A stretch of 64,000 bases of DNA from NCBI RefSeq assembly GCF_001194135.2, contig NC_068982.1:145294233-145358232 (forward strand), read 5' to 3'. This DNA comes from Octopus bimaculoides (taxonomy: Eukaryota). Below the pieces are notes generated by a model that saw nothing but the letters and a program-made list of their open reading frames with translations, was not told the DNA's origin and searched no databases. The translations under genes were made by a program, and so were the position numbers. Below, piece after piece: positions 1 through 13,175 of this stretch (its first letter is position 1; every line of letters begins with the position of its first letter).

Positions 1-1652
1 TTAATAGTTGCTAGAATTGTTTACCAATTGTATTGTTCGATTAGACAGGGAAAGAAGAGTTGATTTATGTGCCATAAAAACAATGGAGCTGTCACAATGA
101 TAATTCGTAATTTTCTTTAAGCAAGATGAAATACTTGGGGATAACGATGGTGATAAAGTGAATTAATATAATTTCTAGAACCGTATTTTGAAGAAATTTT
201 AAAGAATTGATTTACTTATTTTGAAAAATGTCTAAGGATCTATCTTGTCTTTTACTGAAATGCAAAGTGATACGGTAATTGGACCAGAAAAATTGGTTAT
301 CAGAAATTTAATGGTTCAGTGCCAATTCAATGATGTGTTTTAAAGAAATTCTAGACATACGCATCACTTAGATGATACTATTTCCATAGAATAATTAAAA
401 CTAAAACTAATGTGGGTTTTCTGAATAAAAGCCCATATTCTCTTATTTTCATTGTTATCGCCTAAACAAGTTTTGTAAGCTGGCTTAGTAGAGCATCAGA
501 GTAAATGTTTTGTTGTACTTGGTCTCATTTCTTCACAGTCTTTGAAATTTAAGATCCTAATATTACTTTACGGAGATCACTTGAATACGCGATTCTCTAC
601 TTCTATAAAAGTGTACTTTAAAGTTGATATTCTGCACCCGCTTGTTTGCAACCTGTTGCTGGCACATATTTGTATTCAATGACCCAGTCTTTATAGCCTT
701 TCCTAGCACCATCGACCAAACTATGAACAAATACAGCACAATTGTTTTATTCGACAGTAGATAATGTTTGCGAATACAAAATTCACGAGAAATATTCTAG
801 TTTGCAGCTCTGATTTGATCACTCATTCTAAATTTTCAAAAGAAAAAAAAAATCAGTATAGTAGCTTAATGTATGATTCTCTCTTCTACTCGAATCTACA
901 GAAAGAAACTAGAGATAAGTAACTATCCGGTAGACCTCGGACATTCTCGTAGATGAGGAAAATCAGTTGAAATAATACAACATCTGGATAAATATCTTAC
1001 ATTCTGTCCTGAGTGGCTGAAGCAGCTGAAGACTGAACTGAAAATCAGCATCTACCTCCCTAACTCTGCTGTCTACTTTGTTTTTCTTCTGTTAGTGGAC
1101 GCAAAGAGGCTGTATTGTGACGAGGGTTTTCTTTACAAGTACATAGTTTCCAGTACTATCCCACAGTTTGACATCTCGGGCAGGCGCCATCTTAGCCCGA
1201 TCGAATTTGGTTGTAGATGAAAACTATGTCAGTCCTCTGGAAAGGCTGCTCTGTTCTGCTGAAGCAATCGTTCCTGTTCTCAGATTTCTCGTTCAGAGTT
1301 AACGTCTTTTCCCCCAACCAGTCACTGCGGTACGGAGAGCGGTTCAAACATGGTGCTATTTCTCCTTTAACAAAGGCTTTAGAGCAAATTATAGATTCAA
1401 TTGATAAAATGTTTCTCTATAAACCGCGTAATTTTGTGTTTATGTTGTTGTTTTTGTTTTTATTCTACGTATAGTTAGATTGTAAAACGAAATACTTGGC
1501 GGCATTTGCTCCACTTTCTTATGTTGTTAGCTTAAATACCATAGATATCAACTTTTCCTTTTATCCTTCCGCCGTCGATAAAATGAAGTATTGGTAAAGT
1601 ACTGCGACTGATCGTATCAGCTAATCCCCTCTCTCGAATATTATTATTATTC

Positions 1653-1824
1653 GAGCAGGCAGAATCCTTAGCACGTCGGACAAAATGCTTTGTGGCATTT
1701 CGTCCGTCTTTACATTCTGATTTCAAATCCCGCCGAGGCTAACTTTGCCTTTCATCCATTCGGGGTTGATGTAATCAACTTTCCCCACCCCCGAAATTCC
1801 TGGCCTTGTACCAAAGTTTGAAAA

Positions 1825-1861
<37 letters not shown>
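1653..1861 (+). mobile_element. tRNA-headed SINE (family A), internally deleted, ending in an (ATT)n tail; a more decayed copy lies immediately upstream (about 1485-1650)
   Basis: GGCAGAATCCTTAGCACG head, TTCAAATCCCGCCGAGG B-box-like motif, ACTTTGCCTTTCATCC body and GGCCTTGTACC tail all match the full copy at 30018; followed by (ATT)n at about 1826-1861. Confidence 0.8.
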
Positions 1862-1862
<1 letters not shown>

Positions 1863-2910
1863 GTGAGTGAGAGAGCAGTGCATGTAATCGAAGTGACACT
1901 GGGGTATTGATATATGAAGTCCAAAATACCCATCATGTCTACCCGTCTGATGAGAGTACTCGAAACACATGCATCACAACCATGTGTGCACGACATGATG
2001 ACCTTAAATCAAAATAAATCGCTCTCTTTATTATATAAAAAAATTACCTATTTTATTAGACCGATTATATTTTTGTCATGCAGTCTATATAAAATTTAAG
2101 AAAAAAGAAAATGACTTGAAAACTTTCTAGCTAGGCACCTCGAAGTAAGAAAATTGCAGGATCAAGAAAGTTAGCACACAATATATGCTCTTTCAACGGT
2201 GCAGGATTCCAGTAGCACACAAAACATAAATTAGAAGAGACTTTACACGAAATGTGGAACGAAATTACCGCGACTGACTGCAGTATGACTTACGGAGTTG
2301 CAGACTGTAATAGTGAAACACACCATCATCCATACACGTGAACCCCAATATCTGGGGTAGAGAATTATACAGGTGAGATTTGGCGCATTTGTATCGATGC
2401 TGATCAGTAGCTTATTGTCAGCTTTATATCTCAGTATAAGTGGATGATCAACGCAGAAGCGACGAAAGGTGACGTGTAGTCGTGAGAATGTAGGATGGAC
2501 TTGAAAATCCTAATGAAGCCTTAAAATTACCAAGCCAAAACAGTGTAACCGATTGCCACGAAGGGTGTGTGAGAGGGAGAGAGAACGAGAGTGAGTGAGT
2601 GAGTGAGTGGGAGANNNNNNNNNNNNNNNNNNNNNNNNNNNNNNNNNNNNNNNNNNNNNNNNNNNNNNNNNNNNNNNNNNNNNNNNNNNNNNNNNNNNNN
2701 NNNNNNNNNNNNNNNNNNNNNNNNNNNNNNNNNNNNNNNNNNNNNNNNNNNNNNNNNNNNNNNNNNNNNNNNNNNNNNNNNNNNNNNNNNNNNNNNNNNN
2801 NNNNNNNNNNNNNNNNNNNNNNNNNNNNNNNNNNNNNNNNNNNNNNNNNNNNNNNNNNNNNNNNNNNNNNNAAAACATACAGAAAACAATTTCACAGCTG
2901 AACATATACT

Positions 2911-3413
2911 TTCTTACTCTTTTACTTGTTTCAGTCATTTGCCTGCGACCATGCTGGAGCACTGCCTTTAGTCGAACAAATCGACACGAGGACTTATTCT
3001 TTGTAAGCCTAGTACTTATTCTGTTCTATCGTTCCCTTTTGCCGAACCGCTAAGTTACGGGGACGTAAACACACCAACATCAGTTGTCAAGCGATGGTGG
3101 GGGGACGAACACAGACACACAAACACACACACACATATATATAAGACGGGCTTCTTTCAGTTTCTGTCTACCAAATCCACTCATAAGGATTTGGTCGGCC
3201 CGAGGCTATAGTAGAAGACACTTGCCCAAGATGCCACCCAGTGGGACTGAACTCGGAACTATATGGTTGGTAAGCAAGCTACTTTATTTCATAAATATTT
3301 CCCATAAAGACATTACAAACAGGGGACGAACAGGGACAGACAAACATAAAAGGGGTGAAGTAGCTGTATCGATTAAATAAGCAAGCTACTTACCACAGTG
3401 CTACGCCTGCACC
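2911..3413 (-). mobile_element. tRNA-headed SINE (family B, CORE-like), interrupted by a 93-bp insertion
   Basis: Minus strand reads tRNA-like head (GTGGTAAGTAGCTTGCTTA...GAGTTCAGTCCCAC), then CTTGGGCAAGTGTC (resembles the CORE-SINE motif CCTTGGGCAAGT), and ends in a GAAACAAGTAAAAGAGTAAG tail. A homologous copy lies at 37430-37676. Confidence 0.8.
3285..3377 (-). mobile_element. 5'-truncated retroposon tail inserted in the SINE head, with a 14-bp TSD
   Basis: TAAGCAAGCTACTT occurs at 3271-3284 and 3378-3391. The insert resembles 51495-51560 (AGGGGAC(G/A)AACA-GGACAGACAAA). Confidence 0.7.
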
Positions 3414-4237
3414 TATGTGCAGTGTGTTACAATGTCTCAATTATTTCGATCATATTTTTTTATTAAGTTAAACTTAGTGATGAGCAAAACAACTTGCGAG
3501 ATCATAATTTTCATTTGCATATTTATTATATATGTAGTCGTTTAAAGATCATTTATAATGTGCTGGTAAAGACGAAACCCGTGTGTATACTGAAAATGGT
3601 TAGAAAGTTATTGTTTTAATATTTCATTATGCATATGAATGGAATCGACCGGCGGCTGTCTTATGCAGTGAATAAAAACAATGTTTACATTAAAACGTCT
3701 AATGGTTATAAATATTTTCCTTTTTTTTATTGCTTCCTCAATAGAGATTAGCGCCCAGCTGTGACACACGTGTTTGTGTTAACTATGGAAATAAGAATTA
3801 AAAACAAAAGTAGACATAGAAGAATAAAAAGAAAAAATTTCGACAAAAAGAAAAGAATGCAAAACAGCGACGTGAAACAAGAAGAAATATAAATCACTAT
3901 AGAGTCAAAATAAATTCGGTAATTAGGGTATTTTATATGTACTTGGTTGAACTCAAATCTGAGCGAACATATGGCATTTGTTTGTTTCTACTTTTCTTTC
4001 CCGTTTTTAGTACCTTTATTTATGCTTTAGATGATTCATCTTAATACCTTAATCTCAGTGTGTCTGTCTTATCTAGCTGTTGAAAATCAGATTAAGATAA
4101 TATTTACAGAGTATAGTGTCTTTTGCATGATTTTCTTTTTCGATTGACATTTTGGCAATTTAGGTTTATATATGTGCTTAATTCAGGAATGTACTTTACA
4201 CTTTCATATAGTTTTCTTTCTTCCGTTTATATTACCA

Positions 4238-4278
<41 letters not shown>

Positions 4279-4993
4279 NNNNNNNNNNNNNNNNNNNNNN
4301 NNNNNNNNNNNNNNNNNNNNNNNNNNNNNNNNNNNNNNNNNNNNNNNNNNNNNNNNNNNNNNNNNNNNNNNNNNNNNNNNNNNNNNNNNNNNNNNNNNNN
4401 NNNNNNNNNNNNNNNNNNNNNNNNNNNNNNNNNNNNNNNNNNNNNNNNNNNNNNNNNNNNNNNNNNNNNNNNNNNNNNNNNNNNNNNNNNNNNNNNNNNN
4501 NNNNNNNNNNNNNNNNNNNNNNNNNNNNNNNNNNNNNNNNNNNNNNNNNNNNNNNNNNNNNNNNNNNNNNNNNNNNNNNNNNNNNNNNNNNNNNNNNNNN
4601 NNNNNNNNNNNNNNNNNNNNNNNNNNNNNNNNNNNNNNNNNNNNNNNNNNNNNNNNNNNNNNNNNNNNNNNNNNNNNNNNNNNNNNNNNNNNNNNNNNNN
4701 NNNNNNNNNNNNNNNNNNNNNNNNNNNNNNNNNNNNNNNNNNNNNNNNNNNNNNNNNNNNNNNNNNNNNNNNNNNTTAACGTCTTCCTCACGTGGTATTG
4801 ATGTTCACATGGTCAAAATTAACGTGAGTTATTTAGACATTAACAAATTTATTAGAATATTTAGCTGAAGATCAGAATAGAGTATTTTACTCTTAACTGT
4901 GAAACAATTGTACTAAATTAACTAAAGGCAAGTGTTTTTTACTCTTCTCTACTGTTTTTTGTTCTGTGTGTATCAAAAATATCGCTATCAATC

Positions 4994-5123
4994 TGGTTAT
5001 GTTTAAGAATCAACCTTATGTTCCATTACCCTGTGCTAGATAAATTAAGTATAAGTTATTTGAAGTAAAATCCAGTTGATTATACTCCTCACGTCTCCAC
5101 AGAGATATTGATCTTTATGTCAA
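4994..5123. repeat. 130-bp direct repeat, copy 1 (copy 2 at 6837-6966)
   Basis: TGGTTATGTTTAAGAATC...GATCTTTATGTCAA appears identical at both sites by eye. Confidence 0.9.
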
Positions 5124-6836
5124 CCCCTATATTTATATATATATATATGAAGATTTAGTGTACTGGTTATTTATTGCAGTAGGTAATAAATCTCTGAACT
5201 CGGTAGACAGTAAATATTATTTAAAAATATGTATCAAACACACATCTTTGTAATAGAATTATGGAAACTATGGCGTAACAGTGCCATCGGTGATAACGCT
5301 TCCTGATGAAGATCATCCATCGAACGTCCTACGTTTCCTTTTCTTCCTCACTGCAAACTAATTTATTCCAATGTTGACTTGTTAGTTACCGGACTTCCAT
5401 TACATTTTAGCTGAAAATTCGGTAGATGGCATCTTGTCCTCACCACAGCATTACATACTTCTGTAGCTCTCAGTTTATTTCGTTAGCAATAAGAAACTGG
5501 CGAGCACTCCGAAAGCTCTCGTGGTTGCTTCAATTCTGAACTGAGTGTATCTTGCAGTGGGGTTGAGTTCGTTCACGAAACCGACTCAGCCAGTCTGTAG
5601 ACGATGTATTCAGCAGTTGAACCACGGCAATCCAAATATTTTTTTAATGCTTTAGTGAAAGGTGAAAGGAGAGCCCCCATAACTTTGTAGTCTTTGTGAC
5701 TGGTGAGTGGAGAGTATAGTATCCTTAGACTAGAAACCTGTCCCAAATATTTGTATTGGAGTAGTTACTGAAAGCACCTCACTGTGGACCAGGTCATGAT
5801 GTTAAAAAAGTGACGGATTATGTTTATAACAAAATCTACAAAGCTCATTGCTGACATAGATCATAAGTTTATTGTATTGTTGCAACAATATATATTGATA
5901 TGCATGCATTTTATCAGAATAATCTGACTGTACTGGAGTGGGGCAAGCGAAGTGCTTATATTTCCGTTCGTAAGTACGAAGATGGTAATAAATTCATGAC
6001 TCAGTGGTACAATTCTACTTATAAAATACTTGGTATTAGAAAATAAGACGGCACTGTTTTATAACTTCTTGGAGGAAGAGACGCTTACAAATATTTAAGC
6101 ATCTATCCAACATCTAAAGTACCAGGCAATGATTCAAAATAAAAAATGGATAATAAAATGTTTTTGAAGCAGGACAACTAAATATCAGATCCTTGTCGAA
6201 TAAAGTTAAGTGTTTTTGTTGTTGGTGATAGGCAGCAGACTTAATTCGTTGATGTACTTAACGCCAACTTATGGTCTGAACGTGCTTTTATCCGATTCTA
6301 CTCTGCTGCAAGGATTCAGGCCAGGTCTCCTGACGGGAGATAACTTCTTTCTCACCCCAGTGTTGGGCACCTCGTAAAAGGTTGCTGCCCTCCCTCCTCA
6401 GTCTAAGATATAAACATTGACCAGATGTATGCAATAAGGCTTCATTTTAATCTGAAGTTATTTCACATTGACTCATCTAATAATTTGAAAAGGGAACAAA
6501 GGACAACTAAAACTCGCTATCGTAGGTATGATTATTCAATTCAAGTTTCTTATCATCTTTAGTCGATCTGTTTGTAGTCATATTCTTCTTATATTTTGGA
6601 CTGAAAATATATGATCATAGTCTTAAAAGGTGTTGGTTTAATTTTTGAAATACCTTTAGTCTAAGTTTAGAAGATCTATCATCAGTACCGTGTCACAGAG
6701 GCCAAACATTTTAAAGTAATTAAGTTAGTGTTCGATAACTTACTGAATGGTATCAGCGTTAAGAAGAAAGTAATGATAGCGTCTGTAAACACCAATCTAC
6801 TTGAATTTAAAAAACAAATTACAGATAATATCTGTG

Positions 6837-6966
6837 TGGTTATGTTTAAGAATCAACCTTATGTTCCATTACCCTGTGCTAGATAAATTAAGTATAAGTT
6901 ATTTGAAGTAAAATCCAGTTGATTATACTCCTCACGTCTCCACAGAGATATTGATCTTTATGTCAA
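6837..6966. repeat. 130-bp direct repeat, copy 2
   Basis: Matches 4994-5123. Confidence 0.9.
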
Positions 6967-8175
6967 ATGGGCAGGAAAGAAAAGAAAAAGAATTATTTAT
7001 GACAGAAGCCTAGAAACTTTTAGAAAAATGTTTATTTTTGTGGGAGAGGTTATATATATAAAGGAATGATTTGCTTGCACGGAGCTCATACCAGAATTTC
7101 TTAGCAACAACGTTTCGATTTTCAATTGAGGTCCTTTAAGTTCATTTACACTTGAAGAATATACTTGAAAAATTGGAGCATCACAACTCAAAATTGTTTT
7201 CCCCAATATATCTAAGTTATCGTATTTCAAAATCAATATTTCATTTAATGCTATTTCTTTCTGTTTTTATGTTGGTGTGTACGTGTCCATTTAAGCAGCA
7301 AATCGAGGTAACCGATTGAGGAGGCGGAAGAATATTAATGTCCCTGATTCTTCAAGTTTTCGGGAGAACTGGTATTATGTGGAAAGTATATTCGCTAATC
7401 TATTGCAGACATGTCATGCGATAATTGTAGTTACGTAAGTGGTAGAGCACCAAACTAAATCTCTTACAGTATTTAGTTTCATTTCTCGACATTCTAATTT
7501 CAAATCCAACGAGTTAACTTAGATATATTGGGGGAAAATGGCTTTGTATTTCACGCCCACTGCAGTTGATAAATAGAGTACCTATTGGTCACTGTCATTA
7601 TCGCGTAGCCTTCATTGAACAGACATATGGGGAAAGCCATTCTAGATATGAAACTCTCGTCTTGTCTTTATGACATAGAGTCTCTGAAATGCATAATGCT
7701 ATGCATTCTGTTCATTTTAAGTAGAAAGGGTACAATCTGTTGGAAATTACGCTGAAAAATGTTGCAAGTATCGTGACCAAGTAGAAGATCCTAGTTCGCT
7801 CCTATAAGCAACAATAATATATCGAAGTAGTTTTGTTGATGATACTTCTCACATTTCAGCAGTAAGTATGTGGTATGTGCCAAAGTAAAATAGAGAGTCA
7901 CAAACAGTGCAACCCCCCCCCCCCAAAAAAAAACAAACAAACAAAAAAACAAAGAAAAAATCTGCTAGTGTTAAGGACATACGTATCCCGATGAATGCAG
8001 TTATATTGCATGTTTGACAATAACCGCAAGGAAAAACAGAACAAAACAAAAACAATTCGTTAAGTAGCAACTATTGTGTTTAGATTTACTTCATTCTTTA
8101 TTATGTTATATTGTGTTCTCTAATTAACTTAATGCTTACGAAAAAAAAATTCTGTCAGAGACTCCACCAAATGAC

Positions 8176-8206
<31 letters not shown>

Positions 8207-8468
8207 CATGCAGATGTGTGGTAAATTAAACAAACAGTCAGAAAGCAAGTACTTTCGCATGGCATATTATTTCAATTTGCTTTCTTGGTGATGTCACCTT
8301 ATTTTTCCCGAGCAATATTTTTTCTTGCTCTTAACGATGCTCTCATGAAACAGCCTTAAACGAACAAAGCTTCTATTACATAAGTTAATTTAGCAAAGAA
8401 AATTTGCATTTTCCTTTATATATGTAAGTTTCAACATAAAACATTTCATATCTGACATATGTTGTTTG

Positions 8469-8541
<73 letters not shown>

Positions 8542-8937
8542 AAACATGCAAACATACGTTTGTATGCGTATGTATATGCATATAAGACGCACATTTACCA
8601 ACCCATATATATATATATATATACATATTAATAATAATAAAGGAGTTACGACGCAAAAACGTATAAATTCAAATGAACATATTTATCTTCTTCAATATAT
8701 ATTTCNNNNNNNNNNAAAAAAAAAAAAAAAAAAAAAAAAAATATATATATGCTTATACGCATTCATATTCATATGTATGCATATGCACGCATATGTACAT
8801 TCATATATACCTACATATATATTTCTCTTTCTGTCTCTGTCTCTTTGTCTCACTCTCTCTCTCCGCACATATATATATACACATATATACATAGGTTTTT
8901 CGTGATACATATATAGTGTATGGTACCAGAATTTCCC

Positions 8938-9277
8938 CATTTCAGTCAAATATAACAGGTCTGCGTAATATATAATAGGAAATGCATTCATTACGTAAAT
9001 CGTTCCTCAGTTAAAAACATTTCAAAATATAAAACAGTTGATGGAAAGAATTCAATAAATATGGTCAGAACCATAAATCGGCTACTAAGTTGGGAGGATA
9101 AATATATAGAGGGAGATAAAAGGGAGATAAAAATACAGAAAGAGAGGGACGATGGCTTACAGCTCTGATCATATATATTGAAATATTTCCATCAACTGAT
9201 ATTTTGAAATGTTTTAACTGAGAAAGTACTAACATAATAGATGCATTTCCTATTACATATTATACAGACCTGAAATG
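8938..9277. mobile_element. Fold-back / MITE-like element with arms of about 115 bp
   Basis: Left arm CAGGTCTG...ATAGGAAATGCAT...CTCAGTTAAAAACATTTCAAAATA...CAGTTGATGGAAA is the reverse complement of right arm TTTCCATCAACTG...TATTTTGAAATGTTTT-AACTGAG...ATGCATTTCCTATT...CAGACCTG. Confidence 0.7.
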
Positions 9278-9444
9278 TACGTATCAAATGATTTCAATAT
9301 ATTATTATTTCGTTTGACGTCTATATTACTACGAAGGGACTTGGAAGCCGACAAGGAGCATGGCCAGTGAGAGTGTGTGTTTAAGTATACCAGATAGATC
9401 AGTGCGTGGACGTAGTTGTCTGATGTCTATGTCTGAGCGTACGT

Positions 9445-9446
<2 letters not shown>

Positions 9447-9516
<70 letters not shown>
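9447..9516. repeat. (TG)n microsatellite
   Basis: Direct reading. Confidence 0.95.
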
Positions 9517-9520
<4 letters not shown>

Positions 9521-10074
9521 TGTGTGCGTGCGCGTGTGTGAAAGGGTGTGCGTGTGTGTAAGCTGACAAGTGAAGGTTGGCATGTTAGAAGTTCACCAGG
9601 AGGGTGTATCTCTGATGGTAGCAATACGATAGTTCGTATTGTTGATGCGGATATGTGTTTTTTGTAGGGTGTGTGTATGTATTGGTGCGAATGCGTATTA
9701 GCTGTGAGTACTCTCGTGGACAAATGCGTAGGTGTATGTGTCAGTTGCATGTGTGTTATTCGTTGTCTGAGTGTGCGCGTGTGTGCGCATTATGTGCGTG
9801 CGAATACGTGTCCTTTAGTGTTTTAAATTTTAAATAGTATTTAAAATTAGTCATTGTAAATTCTAAATTCTATTGGAATTTACAATGACCAATTTTAAAT
9901 ACTATTGGAATTTACTCACAAGGTATTGGAATCTTATGTGTATACCATTCTGCCTAAATAATGGATCTACAAATGCAATATTCCTGCATATCTCACATCT
10001 ATTTTCATTCCTCCACTTCACTCCCTATTTCCTATCTTATCTAATTTAACTATTGCTTAACCATTTTCTCACAC

Positions 10075-10124
10075 CGTCTCCGATGAAGGGATATAATAAA
10101 TATCTTGGAAACAGCTGTAAGACG
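10075..10124 (+). ncRNA. Type I hammerhead-ribozyme-like motif (probable Penelope-like terminal remnant) with a variant core
   Basis: Stem I CGTCT/AGACG; core CCGATGA; stem II GGGATAT/ATATCTT; GAA; palindromic stem III ACAGCTGT; N17=A. Confidence 0.55.
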
Positions 10125-10447
10125 TTCTATATATAAATATTCTAAAATCTTCACAGCCTTGGTTTTTTTTTTTATCTCATTCTGAAAACTTTCTTTTTAT
10201 ATATATACACATGCTGATATATAATCTACGTTGGACTCCTTATTCGCATAATCACAGAGTCTGGAGCTTAACTACGGTCTATCCATACCACTTACTCAGC
10301 GTTATCTGACACTTTTGGGTCTTATTGACACTATTACCTCTCATAACATCTGTCTGCCTGACTGTCTGTCTGTCTGTCTGTCTCTGTCTCTCTCTCAGTC
10401 TGTCTCTCTCTCTCTCTCTCTCCCTCCCTCTCTCTCTCTCTCTCTCT

Positions 10448-10525
<78 letters not shown>

Positions 10526-11533
10526 ATATATAGTTTATTTCTTCAGGATGGTTATGAAGTGCTCTCTCCTGCCTGGCTGATTACTCTACCTTAACGTATT
10601 TCAAGCGGTCCATTGTCTCCATTTCGATCTTTATTTCAAGCTGCACTTTTAATTAACAAACTGATGATTTGTTGGAGACTGGTTCAATTGTAACACAATG
10701 CTGATGGCTGTCCGATTATATTAGAAAATATTTAAATTTCATTTTTAAAGTCTCAGGTGAGACTTTGCTCACGTTTTGTAAAACTTTTAATTTTATAGCT
10801 ATCGCTATACTGTAAGCCAAGGTGAGAAGTTGAGGAATTAGCATTAAGATCTGAAAGAACCACACGTTTGTCTTGGGTTTTTACTCTTGTATGCCAAAAT
10901 CTGTGAGATATTCTAGAATGTCCCACATAAATATTGCAAAATATGAAAAAATTCACGTACGTAAATACTTTTTCAAAATATAAGATATGAATTTACACTC
11001 ACACACATACAAACACACACACGCGCGCGCACACACGCACGCACGCACACACACACACACACACGAACGCACAGACACACACGCATGTGTGTGTGTGTGT
11101 ATAATTACTTTATCTGTATACCCATATAATGCATAAAATATATGATATCGTCTACTTATGATATTACGTACAAGCATGCACTCATGCACACACATATATG
11201 TTTATAATCTAAAAATATGCAATGTATGTTATATATATATTTATAAACTATAATGTATATTATACATATTAATATTTATGAATTATAATGAATAATATAT
11301 ATGGATATAAATATATATATATATATATANNNNNNNNNNNNNNNNNNNNNNNNNNNNNNNNNNNNNNNNNNNNNNNNNNNNNNNNNNNNNNNNNNNNNNN
11401 NNNNTATATATATGTACACACATGTATATAATTGATTGATCTGTCTTTCTATCTGTCTGTTTGTGCCTGCCTCGCTAGCTGGCTGGCTGCCTGCCAATCC
11501 ATCCAACCCATCCGTCCGTCCTTTCACCCGTTC

Positions 11534-11625
<92 letters not shown>

Positions 11626-11949
11626 CTATCTATCAATATCTCCCGGATATTTCGACTGAAGTTTCCTTCAATAAAAGAGGTCGGTCGACCATCGCCACCA
11701 CTATATGCATCATCGCTAGTTTCTAGAGAGACATATTGCTATAAAAATGATAGAGGTGAGAGACAGCGAAAAATCAGAGTAAGGTAGTAAAAGAAAACAA
11801 AACCTGGAAAAGATTAATAAAAAAATGAAAAAGAAACGAAAAGTGAACGAGATATTGGAATATGAATTGAATATAGGCGGATATATGAAATAAGAAAGAG
11901 AGAGAGAGAAAGCTATGAAATTACACAAGGTGAAATTTAGAGAAACGAA

Positions 11950-12720
11950 AAGGCTAGAAAATAAGAAGGGATTGATGTGATGTCAGGAATGTTAGGTAAA
12001 AGAATGAGAGAGAAGAAGGATAGAGAATTCGAAGTTAAAAAAAATATGTAGAGAGTTAGAAGAGATGAAAAGTGGATAGACGTGTAACATGATAACGGTG
12101 ATAAACTATGGAGTGTTGGTAGGAAAGGGGCGAGTGGCATTGAGGAGAAATCATTGGAAGATATAATGTGAGTGAGTGGGAGTTGGACGGCGAAACATAG
12201 AACAGAAAAGAAAAGAAAAGGTGACAGGACGATAGGAATGTAGTCTGCGTGTTGAAGAAAAACAGTTATAGGAAGAGGTGAGCGCATAATTTTAGAATTT
12301 GCCCATATTGGTATAAAATGTGGGAAGAAAGTAATAAATGTTGAAAGAATATTTGAAAAGATCTGCAAGTGATATAGAAATAGTTAATCGATCATGACAA
12401 TTAAAATCATTTTAAACGGCCAAACAGAATCAAAATTAAAATAATTTAGCGTTGTTTAGAATAATTATAGTAATGTTAGTTTTTTAAAATATCTAATTTA
12501 AACTGAGTATAATTTAATATAGAAGATATGATATACGTTTAAATTGAGTGAAAGAGATTCTTTGGAAGTGATAGAAACAAAAATTAGGGTAGGACGGTAG
12601 AGATAAAGATGAAGGAGGAGGGATACGGAAACAGTTTGTGTTGGAAAACCGGTGGAGTGGAGGCAGAAGGGAAGAGATGGCTGGATAATATAGAAAGTCA
12701 GGAATTAAGCACAAATATCT
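11950..12720 (+). mobile_element. Highly decayed RTE-type LINE remnant (tentative)
   Basis: Purine-rich tract with scattered peptides resembling RTE endonuclease (GRGERIILEFA) and RT C-terminus (GKRWLDNIES). Many stops and frameshifts. Confidence 0.3.
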
Positions 12721-12761
12721 AAATAGTCCTTTCTATTATAAGTACAAGGCCTGTAATTAGT

Positions 12762-12938
12762 GAGGAGGGCAATAATTGATTACATCGATCCAGTACTTGA
12801 CTGGTATGTAACTTATCGACCTCGAAAGGAGGAAAGGCAAAGTCGACCTCGGCGAAATTTGAACATAGTACATAAAGTCGGATGAAATGCCGTTAAGTAT
12901 TTTGCCCGGCGTGCTAACGGTTCTAACTCGCCACCTTA
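12762..12938 (-). mobile_element. SINE family A
   Basis: GAAAGGCAAAGTCGACCTCGGCGAAATTTGAAC...GCCCGGCGTGCTAAC...CTCGCCACC is the reverse complement of the 30018 copy. Confidence 0.85.
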
Positions 12939-13175
12939 CAAACATCAACATAATGATAAATCGTGATGAATCGTAAATGATGACGTACGTATTCATTGTC
13001 AATACGTTCCTGCTGATTCAAACCTGTACGTACTAATCGATGCTGTGTTTTGTGTTTGGAGAACAAGTTCCCCTTTCAGACTAACGTGTGTTCATAATAC
13101 ATACCATTCATTACGGGTGAGCAGACTTTGAGTCATCCGGAGTTTCGACATCGTTGTGTATTTCACTTGAACGCC

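Noticed and set aside
60-600. Possible ancient Penelope-like RT remnant (GP...NLMV...HLDDTI)
   Set aside because: Too many stops and too weak a match to support by eye.
5303-5328. CTGATGA-A-GAT-CATCC-ATC-GAACGTC hammerhead-like string
   Set aside because: One A of GAAA is missing and no stem I can form; at best a decayed relic.
5400-5640. Possible mariner remnant (QQL..TAIQ-like)
   Set aside because: Only a few residues match; no TIR or catalytic motif.
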